Assembly: GCA_963693365.1 (NCBI GenBank)
Contig: CAVNZM010000009.1
Span: forward strand, 5,772,245-5,836,244
Source: Amoebidium appalachense
Lineage: Eukaryota; Protista; Ichthyosporea
Length of the DNA: 64,000 nucleotides
Reading direction: 5' to 3'
The notes beneath the pieces were generated by a model, which ran no database searches, was not told where the DNA came from, and saw nothing but the letters and a program-made list of their open reading frames with translations. The stretch's first letter is position 1. Each line of letters opens with the position of its first letter. A program made the translations under genes and the position numbers. Below are positions 1-30,729 of this stretch, in pieces.

Positions 1-275
1 GGGGGGAGGGGAAGGAATGCAGTTTCTTTCACTGGAGGGTGGAAGGACGGGATGGGGAGGAGGGGAACGAAGGGAGGAGGAGGGGGGAGGGGGAGGAGGG
101 AGGGATGATTATGATGCTGCTGTTCGTGGTGGGTGGAGAGGGAGTGTGGGGGAGGAGGGAGGCAGGGGGTGGGGGATTTGGGGGCCCCTGGGGGAGGGGG
201 GAGGGAAGAGGGGAGAAGAAGGGGGGGGGGGGGGGGGGGGGGGGGATGGGTGGCGCATGGCGGGGTTACAAATAC

Positions 276-8733
<8,458 letters not shown>

Positions 8734-11063
8734 CCCTGCTAGCTGCCTAAACACTCAACTTGAAAAAAAAAACGATACCACCGACAGAATAATTCAAGAA
8801 GAAAGGCACTTCCTAAAGCTCAGCTCACACCACAACTACTGTCTACAATGAAGCACAGACACTTGCAAGATTGTTGCTCGAGTCTGCACTGGTGTGAGGC
8901 TGGCAGGGAAGTGTGCTGCAGTAACTTATTGCACGTCCTTTCAACTGTGTGCACGCTTTTGTGGGACCCCATCATTCGCAACGAGGTGCCATGTGCTCGC
9001 ACTGGCACGCAGCTGCGGAACCTCCCCATGTTGGTGAGTTGGGTGCTGACGTGCATTACATCGTGACAGGCAGACAATGATCCGGGCACGTGTACCATTT
9101 GCATGCACATAGCAAATAAAGCTGCCTTGAGGGACAGCTAGCTCTTTATTTTTTCAAGGGAGCGGAGTCATCAAAGTCTCGCGTGCAGAAAACCGTTAAC
9201 AATGACCGGGAGGACTTGCCTCTCCTGCCCGGCCCGTACCCCTAGCTAGCTAGAGTACGTATGTCACACGTACATCCAGAGCGCTAGCCTACTCGACCAA
9301 GCTGAGCAATTCACAACGTTTCAAGTCACGGTTTGCATGCTGTCATGATGTTCGCAACAGGACAAACTATCAAGTTAGGCGGGCAAGGTTGGCGCGGATG
9401 ACGATTGGGCTCTTCGGGTGTGACATTTGGGCTTGAGCCCGCCCTGCAGCTGCAAGGCTACTCGCCCTGACCAGGGTTCAACCTTTGCGGGTGCAACCTC
9501 AGGTTGACCGTGTATGTACAGCACATATGTTCAACAGTTGAGGTCTTTTTTGGACGGGGGCAGATGTTAATGTCCAGATGTCACACGGCCTCGAACGACA
9601 AACACATCCCGAGCAGCTGCAGGTGCAGCTCATATGATATGCATCACACGACGTCGACGTGCATGTGCACCACGTGCACGCGTACGTATCATCATGGATA
9701 GATGATGTATTTACACACTGAACATGAAAGTGACGTCGACACCTTCAACTCTGCTGGGCATGCGTGTGCAGAGCGGATTAAAAGCGGTAGCATCTTCATG
9801 ATGCATATGCATGTGTGTGTGGAAGGCTTGCATCAGACAGCATGCAGTGGTTCACGCGTACGCGGTCATGCAGGTCATGATCAGACAGCGCCCCAACAAA
9901 TGCATCGGATCACTGCCTGCCTAGGCTAGTCCCGCAGTGTGTAAACCGCTCACGTAGGTGACATTGCGACATGTCTAGACAATTTTTTTGACTTGGTACA
10001 CATGCAGAACTTTCACAGTTATGTAACCCTGTTTGTGGATGCCCGAGAGTGTGTCGATGTGTCTGTGTAGCAACTCATGTGCCGCTTCCATTTTCCCGCC
10101 AATTCTTGCGGAACCCAATCGGAGTCCAAGATCTGCTTTTCTCGATATACCATTCGTTGTTTATCACACAACTAGGTTAGCGACGATGCATATGCCCGTG
10201 GCATCACTGGCATGATCGAAGATGTGTCGACCTGCCACCGTGCCATTAAAAAAAAAAAAAACATATCTCACCAGTCATGCGGATGGTCAAAAGAGAGCAC
10301 TTCAAACCTTTAGTTCTGTAAATGTATTAATTTTCCTATGTACTGCAGCATGCGTGATTACGTCTTCTGCTTGGTCTCCTGGTGCCTCTTGCCATTCATT
10401 GGCATCGAATCTAGCCAATCAGCATCGTGTTGCCAGGGACAGACATGCCATCGTGCACGATACCCGTAAGACTAAACATCGGCCATGGAAAAAACGTGGG
10501 AGAACCAGGTCTACTGCTAATAAACATAGTGCTCTGGAGAAAATTATATTGAAAAAGTGTATTTTGATATGTTGTTTGCTATAATTATGGAGACATTTAA
10601 TGTTTTTTGGTTGGTAGAGCACTTTAAAGCTTTAGACAGAGACACGTGGCATAAGGGGATCAAGTCACCAATCACATCGTGGTGGCCATGAGCGAAATTC
10701 AAGGGGTTTAAAGAGTGTGAGAATTTCGGGCAAAGGAAAATTCAGGAACTTAGAGTCTTAGACGGTCACAGTTAGGCTCGACTGTCTAGCTCTATCCCTG
10801 CATATTTAAATGTTATTCTTGTTTTATGATATTGTTTATGTTTATTAATAATTTATCTATGCATACTACCAGAAACTTCAATACAATGAGCTACTATACA
10901 TCTCAGTAAGTCCGGTCTGTGTTGACGGAATTTCGGCAGGGCAGGAAATTACACTGTTTTCGGAAGTAAATATACCGTTAATTTTCAGAAAGTACCAGTA
11001 AAGCCTGGGACTTAGTTCCTTGAGTTGGAGGTTTGTGAAGTAAATAAAAAGAAGAGTGCCCCC

Positions 11064-11097
<34 letters not shown>

Positions 11098-11866
11098 TCT
11101 CCCTCTCTCTCTCCCCCCCCTCCCACCCCCCCCCCCCCCCCCCCCCCCCCGCCCAAAGCTGGAGTCTCCGTTTTTTCTTGGGAAAACCGACTGGAACTTG
11201 CAATCACACAAAAAGTTATCTCAATACCGCATTATATCTCATGACCAGTCCATATCCGGAAAAGGCACATGGAAAATGTCAGGTTTTGTTATCCATTTAA
11301 TATCGAATTTTGATTGCTTTCTGGGCTTGTTTTGTGCATTCAATCTACAAATCTACAAAGTTTCAGAGATATATAGTTCAAATCAACAGATGGCATTATT
11401 AGTGGAGATCAGTGCTCGAAAGGAGCAGCCGGCAACATAGTAAATTGCTCTAAAATACAAAGTACACATAATTGTTGGGGATGCTACGACAGGATATTTT
11501 ATATTATAGCAATTTAAGCACAAGATTATGATATTGCCAATGAATCATACGGGGGTCCGGGGCCCCCCGCCGCCGGATAGGTATACATTTATCGGATAGA
11601 TATAGGGAATTAAAAAGGAATTAAATATCTCCGGACAGGAATAAGCTGCGATCCGCCAGGTGCCAAAATACAGTAATCCTAAAATGTAATTTCTAGCCCT
11701 GAATTTCGGGGGGAAAAACGAAAAGACATACCTCCTGCAAATTCGTTGCAGCAAACATGGGAGTTTAGGGAAGCGCATTTTTTTGAGCGCGGGCAGACAA
11801 CAAAACGCTGGTGTTGCTGGTTGCGTTCTCTCAGTTTCACTTTTTCGTTTCTCTTAGCAGTTGAGA

Positions 11867-12059
11867 ATGACTAGCCCACAGGTGCGCGTTCTTGTTGCCG
11901 GTGGCGGTGGGTTTATCGGTTCCCACCTTGCTAAGCGCCTTATGGGCGAGGGCCAGTGGGTGCGCGTGTGCGACTGGAAGAGGAACGAGTACTTCAAGGA
12001 GGTGCGTGCTTGCGTGCGTGTGCGTGTGCGTATGTGTTCGTGTGCGTGCTGGGTGTGCA

Positions 12060-12090
<31 letters not shown>

Positions 12091-12151
12091 TGTGCGTGTA
12101 TGTGTGTGTGTGTATGCGTGTGCGTGTGCGTGTGTGTGTGTGCGTGTGCGT

Positions 12152-12226
<75 letters not shown>

Positions 12227-14215
12227 TGTGTGTGTTTGACGGGTGCATGCGTGCATTTGTGGTGTTTGTTGGTGTGGTTGTGCCTGCCTGTACACTTCAA
12301 CCTGCACCAATGGTGTTTTGCTGTGTTTTGGAAAAACTTTACCCCTGGCTTCCTGAACTATGTTGGTAGTGGAAGTATGCATAAGTGTGTGGAGACAGGG
12401 CTGCTAGATCAAAGTTGGAGGACGGACACACAAGAACAATCCCTCGTTTGTTTTTCACGCTAGAATGAACCTTCTATAGGCGGAAAGAACACTCTTATGA
12501 AGGTTTTGTTAGCCTTCTTGCTAAGTTGGTTGCCCCCCCCCCCCCCCCCCCCCCCACCCCACCCCACCCCACCCCCCTCCCCCTCCCCCTCCCTCTCTCC
12601 CTTTTTCTCCTCCTCTTTCCCTTCATTCTCCCCCTCGTCTGCGCTTCTAGCCTCCACAACACTGTGACTTCTGTTCCGATCTCCCTTTCTTGCTGTCCTT
12701 GTAGACCTCCACAGTGAGTTTTTCAGCCAAGCTAGCGTTGCCCTTCTGTGGATGACTTTCCCTCCCAAGCATTTGATACCCCCCCCCCCCCCCCCCCCTC
12801 CCTTCTCTGGGGCTCTCTCCAGGCAAACCAACACAAACGCTAAAACACATGCACACAGAGAGACACGGACACGGACACACACACCTATCCACACACACCT
12901 CTCTCCCCCCCCCTCCCCCCCCGCTACCTGCAACCTCCTCCCCCTTCCTGGCTATCTCCTCCTCTACGACCACCCTCTCTTACCCATACCCCTGGCCTCC
13001 TATTCCCCAACCTCCCCCCCCCCCCCCCCCCCCCCTCCCCTCCCTCTCCAGCCCCACCCCCACCCCACCCCAACTCCACCCCCCACCCCACCGCACCCTT
13101 CCCCATTGGGCTTATCAGCTGATAGCTGATCGATCTGTTGAGCCGAATCTCACACCCTCTTCCCCTAAACAGAATGAGTTCTGCAACGAGTTCGTTCTCG
13201 GTGACCTGCGCGACTTTGCCGTGTGCAAGGAGGTGACCAAGGACATCGATGTTGTCTACAACCTCGCCGCAGACATGGGCGGCATGGGTTTCATCCAGTC
13301 CAACCACTCGCTCATTCTCTACAACAACACCATGATCTCCTTCAACGTCCTCGAGGCCGCCCGCATCAATGGCGTCAAGAAAGTTTTCTACGCATCTTCT
13401 GCCTGCATCTACCCCGAGCACATCCAGGATGACCCCAAGAACCCCGGTCTGAAGGAGAGCGACGCCTGGCCCGCCAACCCCCAGGACGCCTACGGTCTTG
13501 AGAAGCTCATGTCTGAAGAGCTTCACAAGCACTATGCAAAGGACTTTGGCATGCAGACGCGCATTGCCCGCTTCCACAACATCTACGGTCCCCAGGGCAC
13601 GTGGAAGGGCGGCCGGGAGAAGGCCCCCGCTGCCTTCTGCCGCAAGACGCTTGCCAACGATGAGGTGTTTGAGATGTGGGGCGATGGCCTGCAGACCCGC
13701 TCCTTTTTGTTCATTGATGACTGTGTGGAGGGTATCATCCGCCTGACTGCATCGGACTGGACGGAGCCCATGAACATTGGCTCTGAGGAGATGGTGTCCA
13801 TGAACCAGCTTGCTGAGCTTGCGTTCTCGTTCGAGAATAAGAACCTCACGGTACGTGGGCGTGGGTGGCTGTGGGTGGGTGGGTGGGGCGGGGGGGAGGG
13901 GGGGGGGGGTGAGGAGGAGGGGGGCGGGGGGCAGAGAGAATGGGTGTGTCAGGGAGCAGGGGAAGGTGGAGGAGAGTGAGATAAATGGTGTGTGTGTGTT
14001 GGGGGGGGGGGGGGGGAGGAGGGTATGCACGTGGTCTTGAAGTGAGGAAGGGCAGCAAGCGGTGCATGGGGTTCATACGAGGGGAGGAAGGTTGTGTATG
14101 TATGTGTGCGGTGGTGGTGTGGTGTTTGTGGTGGAGGGGGGAGGGGGGGGCAGAGCGGGGAGGGGAGGGATCGGGTGGGGGGGAGGCAACAACGGTGGCA
14201 TCAGAAACCTTGCAT

Positions 14216-14277
<62 letters not shown>

Positions 14278-14896
14278 GGCGTATGAAGGAGTGTTGGGGG
14301 TGGGGGAAAGGGGGTTGAACTACAGAGAAAGTTGTACTTTTTGGGGGGGGGGAGGAGGAAACTCCAGAAGGAATTAGAGGATTATGACAGGAGCTTGTCC
14401 CCGAAACGTTCCCTCCTCCCTCCCTTCCCCCCCCCCTTCTAAAGACCATCACACACACTCCCATAACCAACCTCGCCCACCTGCCTATGGAATGCAGTTT
14501 TAACAGCCCGTCCTTTTCCCTTTTTTTCCTACACACACACACACACACCTAGAACCGTCCCCCCCCCCCCCCCCCCCGCCCGCCCGCCCGCTCTGCAACA
14601 TGCACACACACACGCACGTACATACCCTTGCACACACACACACACCTCCCCACATACACGTACAGATCAAGCACATTCCGGGCCCCGAGGGTGTGCGTGG
14701 GCGCAACAGCAACAACGACCTTGTGCGCAAGGTGCTTAACTGGGACTACACCGTGCCCCTTAAGGAGGGCATGCGCCGCACCTATTTCTGGATTAAGGGC
14801 CAGATCGAGGCAGAACGCGCAGCTGGAATCAACAACGACTACCGTACATCCTCTGTCGTGCAGTGCCAGGCACCCCAGCACAACGCCAAGGAGTAA
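11867..14896 (+). CDS. GME: GDP-D-mannose 3',5'-epimerase (extended SDR family), 3 exons, about 347 aa
   Basis: Exons 11867-12001, 13173-13850, 14666-14896, all phase 0. GGGGFIG NAD-binding motif, [26 protein letters not shown] (catalytic Cys), [18 protein letters not shown] (catalytic Lys) and [12 protein letters not shown] closely follow plant GME. Confidence 0.97.
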
Positions 14897-15255
14897 AACT
14901 TTAACGGTGTGATGCGATTGGATAAAATGGAGATAGGGCCTTGCGCAGTGTGTGTCCGCTTATAAGCGTACCATATAAAGCCCGCAATTTGGGTTCGTAA
15001 TTTGGCTAAATGGGGGTTGGTAATTGGCTACTATGCTAATGTATGTGTGTGGGTGGGTGACGTACTTGGTCTGTGGCCGGCACAGTTGATAGGCACATAG
15101 CCCGACTTTCCCGGCCATTGTACATAACAAAGTAAATGTAATACCCCGGCTGACCCCGGGGATTGGCTGCATGATTGCAGAATCATTGCAGCCTCAAAAG
15201 TCACGGTGGCTTCTGCTGACACTGAAATTGCCCCCCCCCCCCCCCCTTTCCCCTC

Positions 15256-15394
15256 CGGGTCTAAAAAACTATTGTGGATAACTTGCCATGGGGACCCCTG
15301 AGGATGGGCTTTGCCTGTTGTGCTTACTCTTTGTATGTGCTTTTTGCTTGTTGTTGCCCGTCGTGTGTAATTCTGAGCCTGTGACGCAGTTTAA
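15256..15394 (+). mobile_element. Copy B of the poly(C)-associated short interspersed element
   Basis: CCCCTGAGGATGGGCTTTGCC...TGACGCAGTTTAA followed by a C run and preceded by a C run at about 15231-15246. Confidence 0.7.
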
Positions 15395-15819
15395 CCCCCC
15401 CCCCCCCCCCCAAACAGACACACACACTGGCAATCAACCTAACCACACACACACACACACAGACACACACCTCCACACACATGGAACCCATTCAACCACA
15501 CACACACATACACACGAAAATCTAATATTCGTTCGATTACGCGTGTCGTATGGGACGGGGCGCAAGCCCTCGTCCTGGCTATGTAGGCTAGTGCCCTTAT
15601 ATAAGCAAGCACTAGATTGACAAGTATATAGGGGTTTACGCTGTTTACTCGAGGCAAAGAGAGACCAGTTTCAGGTATGGGGGGGGTTTTTGCTCGGAAT
15701 ATCCCCTCAGCGGTATATCATGATCAAGTACATAGATGTCGGGTGATGATTATATATCAGGCTTTACTTTCTCTACGAGGCACCATAAAGACTAAGAAAA
15801 CCAATTAGTTGGGTTCCCC

Positions 15820-15854
<35 letters not shown>

Positions 15855-15883
15855 CGGGCTCCCCTGGGACACTCGGTATCAAA

Positions 15884-15884
<1 letters not shown>

Positions 15885-15936
<52 letters not shown>

Positions 15937-15981
15937 AGAATTTTGTAATGATCTGTTTCTCAAGCCAATCAATACATCTAG

Positions 15982-16019
<38 letters not shown>

Positions 16020-17995
16020 TAGAATTTTGTAATGATCTGTTTCTCAAGCCTGAATACATCTAATAAACAGGTCATAGTTACGTGTGTTTAGTATAAACTC
16101 AAGGATGATGTAATTTTCAGGTAGGCTATCTTTCTGGGTGTCTGTTGTGAATGTGTCGTGTGTGTGTTGCGGTATTATGTGGTCTATCAAACATTTGGCG
16201 ATACATGATCGTTTAAACTGGTGTGTGTGTGTGTTGTTTAGGCATGTAAATGATGCCACCTTATACTTATTAGATCTCCACTGCCAGCACGTGTACAGTA
16301 AAAGTGTGGTAAGTGATCAATAATACCATCAGCTAGAGAAAGACCAGTTCTACAGGAAGGTAATATGTATTTAAGTGTTATACATTTGCGAGTGCCATAT
16401 TTGGCAATATGGTTAAGGCGGTCATTATATATAAAACGAGACATAAGGCTTAGTTTTTCAAGGTGTCTGCTTTCATCGGGTCTAGTGTCGTGTGGTATCT
16501 TTTTCCATTTGTTATATTGTGTAATTATTTTGTGATTATGTACATATCTAATAAGTAAGTGCCAGTCCAAAGTCACACTCACACTTTTGCGGGGTTTATT
16601 TGTATTTGTGCCCGGGGAAGAAGGAGAGAGGGGGGGAAGGAAAGAGGGGAGAGGTGGGGAGGGGACAGGTCGGATAGAGAAGAGAGGGTGGGAGGGCAGA
16701 TGATTCTTTAAGCGGCTTATGTGCTTATTGAATTTCAGCGCGAGATGTGATAATCTAGCAGCTATTGGGACCAGACCATATATCGAGAGCGTTACAGGCC
16801 CAGGTTTACAACAGTTGTTAGATAGAAAGGAGGCAACTTCTACTTAAGGAAATTTGCCAAGGGTTTAAGCGCTCTAGTTCTCTCTTTCTTGATCCAAGCG
16901 GCGAGAAAGGAGGGAAGACAAAAGTGCGAATAAATGCAAGTCTAATAGAAGGATGGAGGGGGGTGTCTTTAAAAATATTAGCCGAGAAGAAAGCTAACCG
17001 CTTACGAGCCAGCTCTACCCTCCTTTCAACCATATGGGAAAACATAACACCAACAGAATTGACCGGAACACCAAGATATTTGTATTCTGGAACGATAGGT
17101 ACAGGTTTAGATGATAATGTAAATGTGTGTAAATTGTTAGCTATATCAGGTACAAGAACACTGTCATTTGTCTATGTTAAGGATCATAAGGTTTGCCTTG
17201 CCACCACTCTGACACTATATCGAACAATCTTTGCAGACGTCTAGGGGTACGGGCAAGGAGGGACAGATCATCAGCATAGAGAAGTGCAGGCGGAAAGTTA
17301 TTAATAGGGTCATCATTTTCGGCATAAATCTTGACAGCCAAACCATCTATAAAAAGGTTAAACAAAAAGGGGCTGAGCAATGAACCCTGCAAGAGACCTC
17401 TAGTACGAGAAAAACCATATGAAAGGTGCCCATTAACCACAGCTCTACCATAGGTTTGAGACAAGAATGCTAACAAAACACCAATGCAGTGTGGTACACC
17501 CCGTGCAGCAAGCTTTTCCCATAGGAGACCAGGGGAGACAGAATCGTAAGCAGTTTTCCAATCAATAAAACCAACATATCGTGCACCAACTTGCATAGAA
17601 TCGTGCAATGCCATTATTTGAACATAACATGAATTGTTTTTACGAAAAGCGGATTGGCATGGGTGTATGTGAAGAATAGATTGAAACCTAGGGTGATGTG
17701 CAAATAACCTAAGTAAGCAGGCTTCAAAGAATCTACGAACAACCTGGGTTAGTGTGATGATGGGACGAAAGTCCACATTTAACACACCAAGAAAAGAGAG
17801 AGCTTAACATAACAGCAAGATCAGGTTTGATAGCACGATCACTTTCCTTCTGTGGGTAGGGGGAAACGAGGATTTTAAGAAACCCAGCAGGAAGTCCATC
17901 AGGCCCACAAGGTTTACTAGAGCTATAACTAGATATCACAGACCATACGGTATCGGGACTAAAAACTTGGGTGCGTGGATGTGCCGACCAATGTA
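15885..17995 (-). mobile_element. 5'-truncated, frameshifted non-LTR retrotransposon (LINE) ORF2 remnant with (CA)n 3' tail
   Basis: RT motifs KPCGPDGLP, FRPI, QSAFR, FIDWKTAYDSV, GLLQGSLLSPFLFN, LYADD (17267-17278) and YKYLG. Frameshifts, and an apparent internal deletion near 17780. A plausible C-terminal frame ends at TGA 16044, followed after about 26 nt by (CA)n. Confidence 0.9.
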
Positions 17996-18773
17996 GAGTT
18001 GAATTTGTGGTGGTTTTTAAAATATATAGCTTTCACAGTTAGTTAGCAACTTGTACTCAGCTGTGTCACGCGGCCTGTGCCGACATGTATGTGCACGCGT
18101 GTGTTTGTGTCATTGAGTGAGGCACATGTGCGCGATACATATATGTGGCAGCGCACAAATGTGCAATGTGGCAACGCATTAACTGTTCAGTGAATGACAA
18201 CTGGGGTGTACGTTGTAGTAGTGGCGAAGGATATTAAGCAGCCAACCAATGTGCGATACTTTAACTACGGCCCAGAATGGTGTGTGAACGTGTTGCCTGA
18301 ACACGTGTATACAGGCCAGTGTGTTATGTACAAGTGTGTAACAAGTGTGTACGCACGTGCACACCCATGGCCATGCAATTCCCCCCAATTCCTTCTAATT
18401 CACAAAAACAGACAGCAGTTGCTCTTTATCCAGACTTAAATTTTATTGGTATCATACGATTGGTCCTTCGTGCATCGAATTGCTGCTCACAGAGCAACCA
18501 CGCGCGCGCACAAGCAAGCCTTCAACAAAATCACTGAAACACCCAAATCACACTACATAAAACCCCATACGCACGTGCGTTGACCTCCAGATGAAGCGAA
18601 TATGCAATATGGAGACAATAACTCGGCTGCAGACACAATGGCAACCTTTCGACTGGCATACGCTAAGTACAGGTTATGATTATGAGTCTAAATTACACAC
18701 GGAGTGGGCATTCAGCAGTGCATTTGTCATGATGCACACTCACATTAACCTGTCTTTAATAATCATACATGCA

Positions 18774-27556
<8,783 letters not shown>

Positions 27557-28136
27557 CTTTGCTCCTTTCTGACCTATATCCCCGTACTGTACCAAATGCT
27601 TTTCTTTAGCTCGTCCGGAACGTCGCACGAATGTTTATACCGAGGTGTCCCGCTCGCCTGCAGTGTCTAACTTCTGGGGGGAAACTAGTTGTAAGCTAAC
27701 CCGCATCTGTCCGCATGCACTTGTGGCTTTTAGTTTTATACCCCCCGTTATCGCAAATAGATCTGACCGATCTGACCCTGATAAACTGCCATAAGCGATT
27801 GAACCCAGGTGTACGCATTACGTCATGATTTGCAGAAGGCACGAGGCCCAGTTAAGACCGTATTTGTGACGTCATGCACGAAATATAGCAGGACTGTCTT
27901 ACGCAAGCCCCCTGGTAACAGATCATGGGCCAACGAAAGGGCCAACGCGAACACTTCGAAGCAAGTTTTCCACCCTTTTTGGTAAAGTTACGTTTCTGTG
28001 GGCACGCGTTTACCAAAAGAAAAGAGAGTAACGCTTCTGTTGAGAGTTTACAATACAACAGTCTTGCTTTTAATTGCCCTGGAGAGACAGAGATATAGTA
28101 GAAGGACCGGTGCTTGTACGGGAAGGAAGCGAAAGA
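27557..28136. promoter_or_regulatory. Putative bidirectional promoter between TRF4 and the Tho1/SARNP homologue
   Basis: 580 bp between divergent ATGs, free of microsatellites; CRE/ATF-like TTACGTCA at 27818-27825 and TGACGTCA at 27867-27874. Confidence 0.6.
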
Positions 28137-29557
28137 ATGGCCCCTGCTAAGGTAAGAGTCCATTCGTTCTGGTTGTGCTTCTGCAATGAACAGATAAGCT
28201 TGCCTTTGTTTGCCAGAAACGAAATCGTTTGTGTTAGGATACGTGGTATTGCTGCTGCGATGTTTGGAAGATTTTGTGGCGCGGCCGGCTTGTTTTGTTA
28301 TAATTCCGAACTGTTCGCTTGGTTTAACTGTGTTTCTTTCCGCGTCGTGTTAGCTCAAGGCCCTTTCCCATCCCCCTTCTCCCCGCCCCCTTCCGGCACT
28401 CATAACACCCCTGTATACCACACTGCTACAGCGTGCTTCTGTTTTTTTCTAGTTGAACTCGTTTTGTCTCTTCTCCCCTCCCTACACTTCGCTTTTGGGG
28501 AGGTACTGTGCACCCCCCCCCCCCCCCCCCACCGCCCCTAACACCCCCTTCTAGGCTCTAACCTTTCGCACACACAAAAACCACCTACACTTCTCCTCCT
28601 TTGGTACCTTTGTTTTCTTGGTTCCATGCACCTTCCTGCTTCTCTGCTTCTCGCCTTTCCTTTCCTCTGCATCCCTTCCTTTGCCCCTTCCCCCCTCCTC
28701 CCATGCCTCAGCCCCTCCTCCTCCCCCCTCAAAACCACCACCGCACCTACCTAACCATCCACCCACACCCCCTACCCTCCCGCCCTCGTCCCTTCCCCTT
28801 TTCCCTTTCTCCCTTCACTTTGCCACTCCGATTTTCTTCTTCAGTCCCCCCCCCCCCTCCCCCCCCCCACCCACCCACCCACCCCCACCCCCACCCCCGC
28901 CCCCCTCCTCCCCTGGTCCCCTCATTCTCTGACTCCTCCCCCCCTCCCCCCCCCCCCCCCCCCCCCCCCCCCGCCCCCTCCTTTTCCCCTGGCCTTGTCT
29001 GCAGGTTCTTTCGGAGGAGGATAAGGCCAAGATTGCAAAGCGTGCCGAGCGCTTTGGTGGTCCGGCCAAGAGCTCGGATGATGATACGAAAAAGGCCTCC
29101 AGGGTTGCACGGTTTGGGCTGCCCGACAAGAGTGATGACGAGGCAAAGAAGGCGGCACGGGCAAACAGGTTCGGTGTGGTGGCAAGGTGGGTGCCTGTGT
29201 AAAATGATGTTCATGTAGAATCCTTTACTTCTTTCTAAGGGGTTTGTTAGTATGCCCGCGAATATGTATCTGGACGGACATGCATTGTGCAGGTGCAGGT
29301 GTATAGACATATGCATTCACGTGTGCAGCTGGTTCAGTCTGGAGTGGTCTATAGACTGGGTGGGCGATGTTCGGGACCGCAGGGGATCGGGGGGAAGGAG
29401 GGGGAGAGGGGGGGGGGAAGGATAGGAATGGGTCAGTATCGAAAGGAGGAGGTGGTGGTGATGAATGCGAGAGAGCCCGAGGCTGTTTTCAAAGCAAGTT
29501 AGAAAATGAGAGCAATCAGGGGGGGGGGGCTGCGATCGAATGGAAGGTGGTGGTGGT

Positions 29558-29607
<50 letters not shown>

Positions 29608-30696
29608 GTGGGGCAGTAGGTGAAGGCAAGGGACGGAATGAAATGGAAGAGAGAAGTATACGACTGAGAGCTGACGTGTTGTGGTGTGAGGCTGGGGGGT
29701 TGGGTGAAATGGAGGGTGGTGTTCTACCTCTGGGGCCTGTTGTTGAGCTGTGACAGTGCTGTTCAATATTTCTCTAAACCTTTCCCCTCTCCTACTCTAC
29801 ACAATTGCCTATTCGCCATATGGTTAATCTAGGGGGAGCCGCTGGCGGGCCGAGACAAAAATGTGGCGAGTCATCTGGAGGAATGTGGTCAGCGGATCAA
29901 TAGTTGGGCATAGAAACTGGGCCAAATTCTATGATCTTCTCTTTAGAACAAACTAAAGAACCTATTCTACTAAAAAAAAGGGTTTTAGTGTTATAGGAAA
30001 AAAGTTGGTAAATAAAAAGGTGCGCAATATTGGTATAAGCTTATAGGGGCGTCCGGCGCCATCTTCATTGTTAAATTAGGGAAAACTCGCTTGGACTTAG
30101 GCCTTAGCTGGGCTGCGCTGGGGCCTGATCGATGCCCATGACTGCTCGCGACCGCCATAATTATGATAAGATTGTGATTCTTTCTCATTTTGACCATGAA
30201 GAAGGGGTTAGAGACCATATAATGCTTATAACGAATTTACGTGTCGCTTAATAGTCTAACGTTTTTGTTAAGCACCCAAAGCCTCTTTACTATTGAGAGA
30301 AAAGAATTAGTATACTTTAAATGATTTTTGGCTATGGCCTTTATAATAGATCCTGACCACATTCCAATCTCGTGATAGGATCGCTATAAAAATTATAGCC
30401 TATTTTTAGTAAATACCTCAAATGTACATATCTCGAATACCTTACGTGGAAAATGGGAAATGTTTACGGCTTTTTAAGATACGTGCGTTAACCTTAGAGA
30501 TACCGTAAGAATTCCTATCGGAGCTATCGATGGAGTGTCGGCAGTTTCTGATGTGTTTTTTCTGTTTTGCAGCGAGAAAAAGGACGCCAAGCCCGCTAAG
30601 GGGGCAGCAGCAAAGAAAGAGCTGAGCCCAGAGGAGTTGGAGAAGTTGAAGAAGAGGGAGGAGAGGTTCGGAGCGAAGGTGGGTGTGGAAGTGGGT

Positions 30697-30729
<33 letters not shown>

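Noticed and set aside
10693-11708. Possible 12-bp inverted repeat (CGAAATTCA.GGG / CCCTGAATTTCG) bounding a 1-kb element
   Set aside because: Short and imperfect, with no target-site duplication.
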